Of a stretch of 33,440 nt of DNA, positions 8,007 through 17,543 are shown in pieces; the stretch's first letter is position 1, and each line of letters starts with the position of its first letter. The notes below the pieces were generated by a model, which saw nothing but the letters and a program-made list of their open reading frames with translations, was not told the DNA's origin and did no database searches. The stretch is from Tidjanibacter sp. (GTDB lineage: Bacteria; Bacteroidota; Bacteroidia; Bacteroidales; Rikenellaceae), in contig JAGBVY010000104.1 of assembly GCA_017630115.1 (NCBI GenBank), positions 1 to 33,440 of the forward strand. Reading direction: 5' to 3'. The position numbers were made by a program, and so were the translations under genes.

Positions 8007-9251
8007 TTATTGATATTTGAGCGTCTGGTCGGGCTTAATGCGCGACGTTATGGTGACGGGTATGGCCAGCAATATGGCTATTATCAGAGGGGTGGCCACA
8101 TTGAGCAGTAGCCACCAACCCCACTCAAAGGCCACAGGCACTGCGGAGATGAGGTAGGCTTCGGGGTCGAGCCCAATAATGCCGGTGTGGTGCTGAATCA
8201 GTAGCAGCGCCCCCGCCAAGAGGTTGCCCCAAAGTTGTCCCACGAGTATGACTCTCAGGCTGCACCACAGAAAGACCTTTTGTATCTGGCCGCCACGCAT
8301 ACCTAAGGCTCGGAGCGTGCCAATCATACGGATGCGCTCGAAGATGATAATCAGCAGAGCCGTAATCATATTCAATAGCGCCACAACTATCATTATGACC
8401 ACAATAACCACGCCGTTGATGTCGTGGGTGGCGAGCCAGTCGAAAATCTGAGGGTAGCGCCCTCTGAGGTCGGAGGTGCGCCATAGGGCATCGTCGCCTG
8501 CAAGGTAGGCCTCGGCCCTGACGTTGCCTGCCAAGTGGGCCATATTGTCGAGCTCATCGGCCATAATCGTGTAGCCTGAGTACATATCCTCCTCCCAGCC
8601 GTTGATGCGTTGGATGTTGCGTATGTCCGTCAGGGCCAACCCCAACTCCATACTGGTAAGCCCCGTAGAGTAGATGCCCGACACCTTGTAGCTGTCGCGC
8701 CTTATGGGGCTCTCTGCCGACGAAAAGAGATACTCAATCTTGTCGCCCACCATCACTTCGAGCTGGTCGGCAAGGCTCTTGGATATGAGAACATCCTTCT
8801 TGCGCTCGGCCCCTCCGATGCGTGGTAGCGAGCCCGCAATGAGCTTGGAGGCAAAGTAGAGAGAGTCGTAGCCTTGGCCAACGCCCCGGAGGTAGGCACC
8901 CTGCATAGCTGTCGTAGAACGCACAATGCCCGAATGGGAGGCATAGGGCGCTATGGAGGCGAAGTGCTCCATCTGGGCTACTGCCTGCTCGAAGTCGATA
9001 TTGCGCCTGAGGGGTGTGCCGGCGAGGTCGTAGTAGGAGCCCGACGGCTCAACCTTGATGTGGCCATCGAGTCCTGTAAGCTCCCTGCCGAGCGCCTCCT
9101 TGAAACCACCAATGACCGCTATGGCCACCACCATAACTGCCATAGATATGGCCACCGAGATGCGAGCAATGCCAATCATAGCACCGCTACGCTTCTCGCC
9201 CGAGGAGGAAATCCTGCGAGCCAAAAACAACTCCACCCGCTCTTTTGCCAT
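8007..9251 (-). CDS. LolC/LolE-type (FtsX-family) ABC transporter permease
   Basis: LFLARR, one N-terminal TM segment, large periplasmic loop, VSGIYSTG, ERIRMIGTLRALG, C-terminal TM segments. Confidence 0.9.
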   Translation of the reverse strand: MAKERVELFLARRISSSGEKRSGAMIGIARISVAISMAVMVVAIAVIGGFKEALGRELTGLDGHIKVEPSGSYYDLAGTPLRRNIDFEQAVAQMEHFASIAPYASHSGIVRSTTAMQGAYLRGVGQGYDSLYFASKLIAGSLPRIGGAERKKDVLISKSLADQLEVMVGDKIEYLFSSAESPIRRDSYKVSGIYSTGLTSMELGLALTDIRNIQRINGWEEDMYSGYTIMADELDNMAHLAGNVRAEAYLAGDDALWRTSDLRGRYPQIFDWLATHDINGVVIVVIMIVVALLNMITALLIIIFERIRMIGTLRALGMRGGQIQKVFLWCSLRVILVGQLWGNLLAGALLLIQHHTGIIGLDPEAYLISAVPVAFEWGWWLLLNVATPLIIAILLAIPVTITSRIKPDQTLKYQ

Positions 9252-9337
9252 AAAAATATAGTCCGATGGCTCAAAAGTACGAAAAAATTGGTATATTTAC
9301 ATCACAAACCAACCATCAATCAACAAATAAGGATAAT

Positions 9338-10105
9338 ATGACAACGAAGAAGGTAGTATTGATTACGGGCGCAACCTCTGGCATTGGCGAGGCTACCGCA
9401 CGAGCTTTCGCTGAGGAGGGCTACAAACTTATCATCACAGGCCGTCGCAGCGAACGTCTGGCGGCACTCAAATCCTCCCTCCAAGAACAATTTGGAGCCG
9501 AGGTCTACTTGGCCTCGTTCGACGTGAGAGATAAGGCTATGTGCGATGCAGCCTTGGAGGCTCTGCCCGAGGATTTTGCCGACATCGACATCTTGGTCAA
9601 TAACGCAGGCTTGGCAGCCGGTTTGGAGCATATCAACGAGGGTGAGGTGAGCGACTGGAATGCAATGATCGACACCAACGTCAAAGGCCTCCTCTACATA
9701 ACTCGCGCCGTGTCGAACCGTATGATTGCTCGCGGCAAGGGTGGTCACATCATCAACCTCGGCTCAACGGCAGGCACTCAGGTCTATGAGAATGGCAACG
9801 TCTATTGTGCCACCAAGCACGCCGTACACGCTCTGAGCCACGGTATGCGTATCGACCTGCTGCGCCACCGCATCCGCGTAACGGAGATTCGTCCCGGTAT
9901 GGTTGAGACCGAGTTTTCGGTGGTCCGTTTCCACGGCGACAAAGAGCGTGCCGACGGTGTCTATCGTGGTCTGAAACCTCTGACGGGTGACGATGTTGCC
10001 GAAGCTATTGTGTGGGCAGCAATGCAACCCGACCACGTCAATATCAGTGAGATTGTCCTCACCCCCACAGCTCAGGCCGACTCCTACTACAAATTCGTTG
10101 AGTAA
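9338..10105 (+). CDS. SDR-family NAD(P)-dependent oxidoreductase, YdfG-like (start probably 9338)
   Basis: TGATSGIG, LVNNAG, YCATK catalytic YxxxK, PGMVETEFS. Confidence 0.92.
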   Translation: MTTKKVVLITGATSGIGEATARAFAEEGYKLIITGRRSERLAALKSSLQEQFGAEVYLASFDVRDKAMCDAALEALPEDFADIDILVNNAGLAAGLEHINEGEVSDWNAMIDTNVKGLLYITRAVSNRMIARGKGGHIINLGSTAGTQVYENGNVYCATKHAVHALSHGMRIDLLRHRIRVTEIRPGMVETEFSVVRFHGDKERADGVYRGLKPLTGDDVAEAIVWAAMQPDHVNISEIVLTPTAQADSYYKFVE

Positions 10106-10186
10106 TAATTTGCCCCATCTCGACGTTTCTGTATAGTAGAAACATTTTCGCGCAAACCAACAATTGGAACAACAAAACAGTTAGCA

Positions 10187-10864
10187 ATGTCAAGTAACTT
10201 TCTGCTGATTATCATCATTGGAGTTGTGGGTCTTATAGTGCAAGCACGCCTACAATCCGTATTTAAGAAGTACTCACAAGTGGCCTTCCCCGGAGGTTTT
10301 ACGGGTAAAGATGTGGCCGAGCGTATGTTGCGTGCCCACGGCATCGCCGACGTGCAGGTTGTCAGCACACGCGGCCACCTGACCGACCACTACAATCCCG
10401 CCACACGCACAGTCAATCTGAGCGAGAGCGTCTATAATAGCGCCTCGATTGCAGCGGCTGCTGTGGCTGCCCACGAGTGTGGCCACGCCGTGCAACACGC
10501 CTATGGCTACGGCCCCTTGCGTCTGCGCTCGGCACTTGTGCCGGTGATTCAGTTCTCATCGATGTTCTCGACTTGGGTCATTATCTTGGGTTTGGTGCTT
10601 CTGAGTAGCGTCCCTGCCGTGTTCTGGGTGGGTATTGCAATGATTGCCGCTTCGGCCCTCTTCTCAATAGTGACCCTGCCTGTGGAGTACAACGCCTCGG
10701 CTCGTGCTCTGGCGTGGCTCGAAGGTAGCAGGGTGCTTCCCCCCGAGCAGATGGATGGTGCAAGGGAGTCGCTCCGTTGGGCGGCCCGCACCTACCTTGT
10801 TGCGGCTCTGAGCGCTATTGCCACGCTGCTCTACTACATAGGCATTGCCAGAGGCGACGACTAA
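10187..10864 (+). CDS. Membrane zinc metallopeptidase (YugP / Zn_peptidase_2-like)
   Basis: LTDHYNP, AAHECGHAVQ (HExxH), TLPVEYNASARA, AARTY. Confidence 0.92.
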   Translation: MSSNFLLIIIIGVVGLIVQARLQSVFKKYSQVAFPGGFTGKDVAERMLRAHGIADVQVVSTRGHLTDHYNPATRTVNLSESVYNSASIAAAAVAAHECGHAVQHAYGYGPLRLRSALVPVIQFSSMFSTWVIILGLVLLSSVPAVFWVGIAMIAASALFSIVTLPVEYNASARALAWLEGSRVLPPEQMDGARESLRWAARTYLVAALSAIATLLYYIGIARGDD

Positions 10865-10921
10865 TAGCTCTTCGCCCCCTCCGAACGCCAAACTTTTTGC
10901 CCTCAAAAACACAACTCAACG

Positions 10922-11515
10922 ATGAACCTTGTTTCGATAGACCATAGTGCTATGTTGGCGCTCAACTTCGATGGCGGTCTTGTCTTGGATCGCCTGATGT
11001 GGCTTGCATCCGAGAAACTTACTTGGGCGCCCCTCTACCTCTTTATGTTGTGGTATCTGTGGCGACATTGGGGTTGGCGCTATATGCTCATTATGCTTGT
11101 GGCAGTGGTTGTTGGTGTGGCCCTGAGCGACCAGATTTGCAACTACTTCAAGGAGACCTATCAAGTTTTGCGCCCCAATCGCGTTGAGGGCATAAAGGAG
11201 TACCTCCACTTGGTGTGGGACCCCATCAAGGGTGAGCATTGCATCTTTGGCCGCTATGGTACAATCTCGGCCCACGCCGCCACAACAATGTCTATTTACC
11301 TGATTCTAGGAGTTGGTGGAGTGGGAAGGATTAAGGGCTATTGGCTCTGGATGTCGTTGTGGGTAGTGCTTGTGGGCTACTCGCGCATCTACTTGGGCGT
11401 ACACTTCCCCTCGCAGATACTTTTTGGCTGGGCGCTGGGTGCTCTGGTAGGAGGATTTGTGAGTTGGTTGCTTCGCCGTCTACCGCAAACAAATAAAACT
11501 CGGGTATCTTTTTGA
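10922..11515 (+). CDS. PAP2-family membrane phosphatase
   Basis: K......RP, SAHA, YSRIYLGVHFPSQI; several TM segments. Confidence 0.88.
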   Translation: MNLVSIDHSAMLALNFDGGLVLDRLMWLASEKLTWAPLYLFMLWYLWRHWGWRYMLIMLVAVVVGVALSDQICNYFKETYQVLRPNRVEGIKEYLHLVWDPIKGEHCIFGRYGTISAHAATTMSIYLILGVGGVGRIKGYWLWMSLWVVLVGYSRIYLGVHFPSQILFGWALGALVGGFVSWLLRRLPQTNKTRVSF

Positions 11516-11583
11516 TACCCGAGTTTTATTTGTGGTCTAACGTCTAAGGTCTAACGTCAAACGACCTAAGTCAAAACAATTTT
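11489..11583 (+). repeat. Dispersed module copy 1: 20-bp perfect hairpin + (GTCTAAC)-type array + GACCTAAGTCAAAA tail
   Basis: acaaataaaactcgggtatc-ttttt-gatacccgagttttatttgt then ggtctaacgtctaaggtctaacgtcaaacgacctaagtcaaaa; probably also a bidirectional terminator between convergent genes. Confidence 0.85.
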
Positions 11584-11658
11584 AATCCTCCTTGCAGAGT
11601 CTTTTAATTGCTCTTGCTCGGCATAGTCCGCAAGCGGCCTCTGCTCTCGCTTACTCGC

Positions 11659-11685
11659 AATTTTGAATTTTGAATTTTGAATTCT
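11659..11685. repeat. Heptamer array (AATTTTG)x3+
   Basis: aattttgaattttgaattttgaattct directly after the yidD stop; related degenerate array in reverse orientation at 28826-28858. Confidence 0.7.
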
Positions 11686-11949
11686 CTAAGGTACTGGGTC
11701 GTAGCCGCTGCCGCCCCAAGGGTGACATCTTAGAATGCGGCGTAGGGCGAGCCAGCCCCCTTTGAAAGGGCCATATTTGCGGATGGCTTCGAGTGCATAT
11801 TGCGAGCAGGTGGGGGTGAATCGGCAACTGGGCGTGGGTTTGAGTGGCGAGATGCAGATTTGATAGAATCGTATGAGCGCCACAAAGGGTGCGCTGAGCA
11901 GCCACCTACAAGCGGCTACCAACCTTTTCCACAATTGCCCTAACTGCAT
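11686..11949 (-). CDS. yidD: Membrane protein insertion efficiency factor
   Basis: [27 protein letters not shown]...[17 protein letters not shown]. Confidence 0.96.
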   Translation of the reverse strand: MQLGQLWKRLVAACRWLLSAPFVALIRFYQICISPLKPTPSCRFTPTCSQYALEAIRKYGPFKGGWLALRRILRCHPWGGSGYDPVP

Positions 11950-12298
11950 TGTCGATGATTTTATAGTCGAGAATCTCTTTGGTGCTGTAAATCAGACCTA
12001 TATCTATGTGCAGACCCTTCGCTTGGGCCTTTTCGATGAGGTTGTGTTTGCAGAGTCGGTAGGCCTCGCGCGTGCGTCGTTTTAGTAGGTTGCGTCCCAC
12101 TGCACGTTTGACATTGCGCTTGGGGACAACAATGAGCACCGACACCGAGGCTTGGTCTTGGTCGAGGGCGGGGCGCTTCTTGACAATATAGCGGTAGGGA
12201 TGGGCAAAGCTGCTCTTGCTGCCGACAAAAAGCCCATTGGCGGCTTTACCACAAAGTCGCTCGGCCTTGCAAAAAGTATGTCTTACTACGCCTTCCAC
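11906..12298 (-). CDS. rnpA: Ribonuclease P protein component (start probably GTG 12298)
   Basis: [32 protein letters not shown]; upstream of yidD. Confidence 0.92.
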   Translation of the reverse strand: MEGVVRHTFCKAERLCGKAANGLFVGSKSSFAHPYRYIVKKRPALDQDQASVSVLIVVPKRNVKRAVGRNLLKRRTREAYRLCKHNLIEKAQAKGLHIDIGLIYSTKEILDYKIIDNAVRAIVEKVGSRL

Positions 12299-12350
12299 CT
12301 CTCTGTTTCGTTTGGGTTGTCTATTTGGGTTGCGGGGGTCAAATGTGGCC

Positions 12351-12388
12351 AAAAAAGTTGCGGGGTAACCATTAGTCACCCCGCAAAC
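12351..12388 (-). terminator. Hairpin + U-tract between hemD-like gene and rnpA
   Basis: Minus strand: ttgcggggtgac-taatg-gttaccccgcaa-ctttttt. Confidence 0.6.
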
Positions 12389-12394
12389 TCTTCC

Positions 12395-13288
12395 CTATTT
12401 TTTGGTTTTCTTATCGTTGGTCGCAGGGGTTGTGCCCTCAGCAGGCTTGCGCTTTGCTCTGGTGCGCTTTACGGGTTTGGCCTCCTGTGCCTTGATGAAG
12501 TTCTCGGCTTTGTGGCTGTGGCTAAACTCAATAGGCTCAATCTTCTCGCCCTTTTCGGAAGCCTCCACAAGCAGTTCAACAGCCCTGACAATGTTGGGGA
12601 TGCCGGGTGCGGGAGCTTTGGAGTAGATTTTCAGACCAGCCTCGACAGCGGCCTTGGCGGTGTTCTCGCCCAAGACAGCAATCATAGGAATGTTCTCGGT
12701 GCCAAACTGCGACACGAGCGAGGCAATCTCGTTGGGGCTGTAAAATACCAACAGGTCGTAGTCGCTCAGTTTCAGGCCACTAAGGTCGGTGCTGACGGTG
12801 TGGGCGAAGATGAGGCTGTGGAAGTTGACTTTGAGCCTTTCGAGGGTCTGAGGAATCTCGGGATTGTGGGGCTCGGCCAGCGCGAGGATAAACTTCTCCT
12901 CCTTGTGTTTGAGGATAAGCTCCATAAAGCTATCGAACTTGCTGTCGGCAAAGTGGATTTTGCGTTTGCGATAGACGATGTACTTTTGCAAGTAGAGGGC
13001 CACAGCCTCGTTGATGCAGAAGTATTTCATCGTTTCGGGTACGTTCACACGAGCCTCTTCGCAGATGCGGAAGAAGTTGTCGATAGTGGTTCTGCTGGTG
13101 AAAATTACCGCCGAAAAATCGAGAATTTCGGTGCGTTGGCTACGAAATTCTTTGAGCGATACACCCTCAATACGCATAAAGGGCTTGAAAGTGAGGTTGA
13201 GTTCGTTGTTCTGTGCAACCTCGTAAAATGGTGACTTTTCAATAACCGCAGGTTGGGGCTGCGAAATAAGTACGTTCTTAATTTTCAA
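12395..13288 (-). CDS. hemD: Uroporphyrinogen-III synthase-like protein, Bacteroidota type (start probably TTG 13288)
   Basis: KIKNVLISQPQP..KSP, AVIFTSR, YFCINEAVALYLQKYIVYRKRKI, LVFYSP. Confidence 0.85.
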   Translation of the reverse strand: MKIKNVLISQPQPAVIEKSPFYEVAQNNELNLTFKPFMRIEGVSLKEFRSQRTEILDFSAVIFTSRTTIDNFFRICEEARVNVPETMKYFCINEAVALYLQKYIVYRKRKIHFADSKFDSFMELILKHKEEKFILALAEPHNPEIPQTLERLKVNFHSLIFAHTVSTDLSGLKLSDYDLLVFYSPNEIASLVSQFGTENIPMIAVLGENTAKAAVEAGLKIYSKAPAPGIPNIVRAVELLVEASEKGEKIEPIEFSHSHKAENFIKAQEAKPVKRTRAKRKPAEGTTPATNDKKTKK

Positions 13289-13313
13289 TGCTTTGAGTTT
13301 TTTTGGTTCGACA

Positions 13314-14135
13314 TTAAGTGGTACCAATCCTCACCGCAAGGGTGACAACAATACCAATGGGAATCAAAACGACGGTGCAAAGGTACAAAAACCAAAGTAA
13401 AATAGAAATTTTTTGTTCAATAAAGAAAATTAAACTTTTCATTGCAAAAATAACAAGGCCCAGCGCGGCCACCACAACAGCCGCACCGCCAAACCACACA
13501 GCACTGCTTCCCATATTGACCACAAAGAAGAGTGCCAAGGGGGTAGCAACCAACGCCACCAGCGCCATTGTCGTATCGGCCACTATATTAACTCCTTGCG
13601 CCAAGTCGGGGCGACGCACCAAAGAGCATATTCCACTCGTGAGGCTTCGCTGTATCGACCCCAGCGCCAGAGCCACCACAACAAACATCGGCCCAATCCA
13701 GAGTGAGTCGAGCATCGAGTGGCTTTCGGGTAGGGCAAAATCCATCACCCTGATGGCCACCGTAGCCCAGAGCGCTATTCCCAGCGCCACCGAGCTCCTC
13801 ACGGCCCTAATATAGAGATAACTCAATTCATCCGCAACTCTTATGCCAATATGTCCTCCGAGGATGATTTTCACCATCTGGCCAAAATAACCTCCGTAGG
13901 CGTAGAGCACAAAAAGGTAGCCCACAAAAATCGCCACCAACATAAGGCCTACAACCCAGTTGTCGGTCAGTCTGAATAGTTCCGCGCTCTGCCTTGCACC
14001 CTGTTCCACAAGTGTGGCTTTGGGGCCAAGTAGCTCTTCCAAGCCCACACGCAGGCTATCAGCAGCGGCAAGGGGCGAGTGGCCCGAAGTGAGGGTGTCG
14101 AGCACGGGGGGCTGTATGGTGGGCTCTAATGGCAT
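13314..14135 (-). CDS. DUF4271-like multi-TM membrane protein
   Basis: Multiple TM helices, C-terminal FLYLC motif, position directly upstream of hemD as in other Bacteroidales. Confidence 0.7.
   Translation of the reverse strand: MPLEPTIQPPVLDTLTSGHSPLAAADSLRVGLEELLGPKATLVEQGARQSAELFRLTDNWVVGLMLVAIFVGYLFVLYAYGGYFGQMVKIILGGHIGIRVADELSYLYIRAVRSSVALGIALWATVAIRVMDFALPESHSMLDSLWIGPMFVVVALALGSIQRSLTSGICSLVRRPDLAQGVNIVADTTMALVALVATPLALFFVVNMGSSAVWFGGAAVVVAALGLVIFAMKSLIFFIEQKISILLWFLYLCTVVLIPIGIVVTLAVRIGTT
13378..13385 (-). promoter_or_regulatory. Internal -7 promoter element for hemD within the DUF4271 3' end
   Basis: TACCTTTG on the minus strand in an AT-rich stretch about 90 bp upstream of the hemD start. 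Confidence 0.45.
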
Positions 14136-14165
14136 AGGAGTGTGGCTCTATAAGTTTGTGGCTAA

Positions 14166-15335
14166 TTAACTCTTTCTTACCGAGATACGGATGTTTGTAC
14201 CTTTGCCCATCTCGCTCTCGGTGACAGCGATGTGGCCTTTATGGTACTCCTCTATTATGCGCTTGCTCAGCGAGAGGCCCAAACCCCAACCTCGGGTCTT
14301 GGTTGTAAATCCCGGCTCAAAAATCTTCTTCCAGTTCGATTTGGCAATGCCCTTGCCCGTGTCGCGCACGTCGATGTAGGCCCACTCGTCGTCTTGGCTC
14401 ACAACAACGTCTATTGTACCGACGCCTTGGAGCGCATCGAGCGCATTTTTTAGGAGGTTCTCCACCACCCACTCAAACAGAGCGGCATTCATCTGCACCA
14501 TCACAGGGGCAATGGCAAGGCCGTTGTAGTTGAGTGTCACTTTGCGAGGTATGCGTGTGCGGAAGTAGAGTACGCAGTCGCCCACCACTTCACCCAGATT
14601 GGTTGTGTTGAGCGAGGTTTCCGAGCCTATTTTGCCAAATCTGTCAGCCACCTTTACCAGACGTTTGAGGTCTTTGCTCATCTCCTCCACAGCTGCGGGG
14701 TCAATGCCTTGCGAGCGCAGATATTCGAGCCAACCCATAAGCGACGAGATGGGTGTGCCGAGTTGGTGGGCGGTCTCCTTGGCCAAGCCTATCCACACCC
14801 TATTCTGCTCGTCCTGCTTGGAGGTGCGGAACGTCAGGAAGGCGAAAAATACAAATATGGCCACCACGGCTAGTTGTACATAGGGGAAGAGGATGAGCCA
14901 ATCGAGCAGTGCCGAGTTGCCATAGAAGAGTATGTAGCGTGAGCCTCGTGGGGTGCTAATCTCTATGGGGTCGTTCTGCCTCGACAGCTTCATAATCAGC
15001 TTCATACGTCGTTCGGGGTGGTTGAGGATGTGCTCGGGTACCAAGTGGGACTTCTCCACACGTCCGTTTTCGTCGAGCAGGACAAAGGGTATGTTCTGAT
15101 TGTGAACGACTTGGAAGATTATGGGGTCGTTGTGGGTACTCTCGCCCATACGTTCCATTGCGTAGGACCAGAGCGCCATTTCGTTCATCTCTTTGAGTTG
15201 CAACATACGCGACATACGCGTAGTAAAGAGTAGCGACAGCGAGCCGATTATCACCGCAATGCTGATAACCAGTAGCCTCTTTCGGTAGGGGACCCCCTTA
15301 ACTCTTTGCCATATTTTGTCGAGTAGTGCGCTCAT
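14166..15335 (-). CDS. Membrane sensor histidine kinase
   Basis: Two TM segments; ETAHQLGTP (H-box), ENLLKNALDA (N), DTGKGI (G1), IFEPGFTTK (F), GWGLGL (G2). Confidence 0.95.
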   Translation of the reverse strand: MSALLDKIWQRVKGVPYRKRLLVISIAVIIGSLSLLFTTRMSRMLQLKEMNEMALWSYAMERMGESTHNDPIIFQVVHNQNIPFVLLDENGRVEKSHLVPEHILNHPERRMKLIMKLSRQNDPIEISTPRGSRYILFYGNSALLDWLILFPYVQLAVVAIFVFFAFLTFRTSKQDEQNRVWIGLAKETAHQLGTPISSLMGWLEYLRSQGIDPAAVEEMSKDLKRLVKVADRFGKIGSETSLNTTNLGEVVGDCVLYFRTRIPRKVTLNYNGLAIAPVMVQMNAALFEWVVENLLKNALDALQGVGTIDVVVSQDDEWAYIDVRDTGKGIAKSNWKKIFEPGFTTKTRGWGLGLSLSKRIIEEYHKGHIAVTESEMGKGTNIRISVRKS

Positions 15336-15365
15336 AGGAATTCAAAAACGATTGCTTGCTTGGCT

Positions 15366-17057
15366 TTATTGTTTGGCCGTGTCTTGTTCGGAGAGTATTC
15401 TTGCATACTCCTCGGGGTTGGAGAGTATTGAGATAGCTTCCTTCAATTCGCCATCGTCTTTCAGGTAGTGGACAATGCCGCCTGCGGTGTAGCAGTAGCG
15501 ACGCACAATCTCGTTCTCGATTATCTCCCTCATCTCGCGCTCGTAGAGTCGCAGGTTGTCTTCGCTGTTGTTGTTGAGGTTCTTCTCAATCAGGGCAATC
15601 TGCTCGTCCATATTCTCCTTCCAACGCTGCTGTTCGGCGGCCTTCTTAAACTCTTTCCAGAGAGTGTTTGCGTAGCTTTCCCACAGCACCTCTTTGTCGC
15701 TCATCCACTCTATAAACTCCTCGTAGTCGGCCTCGGTGAAGTGGTATGTTTCGGGTGCGACGTTGCCTTCGAGTCGGTCGTAGTGGAGGGCGCAGAAGTG
15801 GTTGAGGAAGTCATCCACAAAGCCCTGAGCATAGACCACCGCAGCAAACGAACTCACATACTCAGGCTCCAACTTCCTATCGGGCATAACACCGCCACCG
15901 TCGTAAACCCTACGGCCATTGCGAGTCTTAAACTCCGAGATGAGCGAGTCGGGGATAGTGTTGTAGCTGCCGTCGTCGTTGTGGGCGGCATAGTCGATGG
16001 CCTGAATACACCTTCCGCTGGGTAGGTAGTACTTCGAAGTGGTGAGCTTGGCGTAGGCCCCATAGCCGAGCTGGAATGTGCTCTGCACCAATCCCTTGCC
16101 ATAGGTGCGCTGGCCCACCACAACAGCTCTGTCGTGGTCTTGGAGTGCGCCCGCAACAATCTCGGCTGCCGAGGCCGAGGAGCCGCTTGTCAGCACCACC
16201 AGTGGTATGTCGGCAGCTATGGGTTTGCTCTCGGTTTTGTATGTCTTATTCTCGGCGTGCGATTTGGAAGAACGGGTGCTCACAACCTCGCTGCCTGCGG
16301 GCAGAAACAGAGCGAGTGTCTTGACCGCCTCCTGCAATACGCCGCCACCATTGCTACGGTAGTCGATGATGAGCGAGGTCATTCCCTCGGCCACCAGTTC
16401 CTCGTAGGCTCTCAGCAGGTCGTTGCTGCAACCTACCGTAAATTCGTTGTGGTCGATGTAGCCCACACCCTCGGCCACCATACCGTGGTAGCGCACGCCG
16501 GGGATGGAGATAATCTCTCGTGTAATCTTCACCTTCTGAGGCTCCCCCGTTGGGAACTTACCCACCTCCAAGGTGAGTGTTGTGCCCGGGTCGCCTTTTA
16601 GCTTACTGCTGACCTGATCTGAGGTCATACCCTTGGCATCCTTGCCGTCTATTTTTAGAATCTTGTCGCCCGGACGTATGCCCGCCCTGTCGGCAGGCGA
16701 CCCTTCGTAGGGGAGCGAAAATTCCACCCACTCGCCTCTTTGGCGAATCATCGAGCCCAAGCCACCATATTTGCCGGTGGTCATCACGTCGAACTCCTCC
16801 ATACTCTCGGGCGAGAGATATACCGAGTAGGGGTCGAGAATCTTGGTCATACCCTCAGCTGCGGCCTTCATAATCTTGTCGCTCTCGATGTCGTCCACAT
16901 AAAAGAGGTTGATGTTACGCATCATATTGACCAGCACCTCCACACTCTGGCCCAAGCGGAATGTGCTATCCTTAGCGGCTGCAACGAGTAGTATGCACCC
17001 CGCAAGGGCCACCACCGCCACCACACTTTTTACTCTGTTTCTCAACTTCATAGCCAT
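15366..17057 (-). CDS. S41-family C-terminal processing protease with PDZ domain
   Basis: LDPYSVY, GKYGGLG, GSPADRAG, IDYRSNGGG, SASAAEIVAGALQD, TYGKGLVQ. Confidence 0.95.
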   Translation of the reverse strand: MAMKLRNRVKSVVAVVALAGCILLVAAAKDSTFRLGQSVEVLVNMMRNINLFYVDDIESDKIMKAAAEGMTKILDPYSVYLSPESMEEFDVMTTGKYGGLGSMIRQRGEWVEFSLPYEGSPADRAGIRPGDKILKIDGKDAKGMTSDQVSSKLKGDPGTTLTLEVGKFPTGEPQKVKITREIISIPGVRYHGMVAEGVGYIDHNEFTVGCSNDLLRAYEELVAEGMTSLIIDYRSNGGGVLQEAVKTLALFLPAGSEVVSTRSSKSHAENKTYKTESKPIAADIPLVVLTSGSSASAAEIVAGALQDHDRAVVVGQRTYGKGLVQSTFQLGYGAYAKLTTSKYYLPSGRCIQAIDYAAHNDDGSYNTIPDSLISEFKTRNGRRVYDGGGVMPDRKLEPEYVSSFAAVVYAQGFVDDFLNHFCALHYDRLEGNVAPETYHFTEADYEEFIEWMSDKEVLWESYANTLWKEFKKAAEQQRWKENMDEQIALIEKNLNNNSEDNLRLYEREMREIIENEIVRRYCYTAGGIVHYLKDDGELKEAISILSNPEEYARILSEQDTAKQ

Positions 17058-17072
17058 TCTTCCGTTTGAGGA

Positions 17073-17543
17073 TTATTCCTTTTTCGACAGCTCGCCGCAG
17101 ATGCGAAAGCGTGCTTGCTCGGCCTCGCGCCTAACGCCACTAATGGCTATAAGGTTGGCTCCCGCCTTCTCTACCACCACCTTGTCGTCGCCACCCAAGT
17201 AGCGCAGACGTTTCAGAGGGCTGGTAGCCCTAAATACCACCCTCTCGGCACTACGCCCCTCGGCCTTATAGCCACACCTGAGCATAGCTCGATGTATGTC
17301 GGGCAACGAGCTTTCGTAATCGCCCTCAATGGTGTAGGATGTGAAACCGTAGGCAGGATAGGTGGCCGAAATGGCTACCACCGCTACCAACAATACAAAC
17401 CCTCTGCCACCAATCAAATCGGCGGGCGCAATGGCCAATGTTCCCGTAAGGTGCATCGCAACAAACAACACACCAACGATAAGCACCAATTTTACAAAGT
17501 GGCGCAAAACTTTTCCTATATAGTCGTTATTCATAGTTATCAC
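17073..17543 (-). CDS. Hypothetical membrane protein (2 N-terminal TM segments)
   Basis: 156-aa ORF filling the operon gap, overlapping the ispH stop; start may be 17534. Confidence 0.7.
   Translation of the reverse strand: MITMNNDYIGKVLRHFVKLVLIVGVLFVAMHLTGTLAIAPADLIGGRGFVLLVAVVAISATYPAYGFTSYTIEGDYESSLPDIHRAMLRCGYKAEGRSAERVVFRATSPLKRLRYLGGDDKVVVEKAGANLIAISGVRREAEQARFRICGELSKKE

Noticed and set aside
12299-12379. N-terminal extension of RnpA as given in the ORF track
   Set aside because: Overlaps a terminator-like hairpin; GTG at 12298 gives a normal-sized protein. Similar over-extended starts were trimmed for dxs, the SDR, hemD, the Ppm1-like gene and the FAD oxidoreductase.
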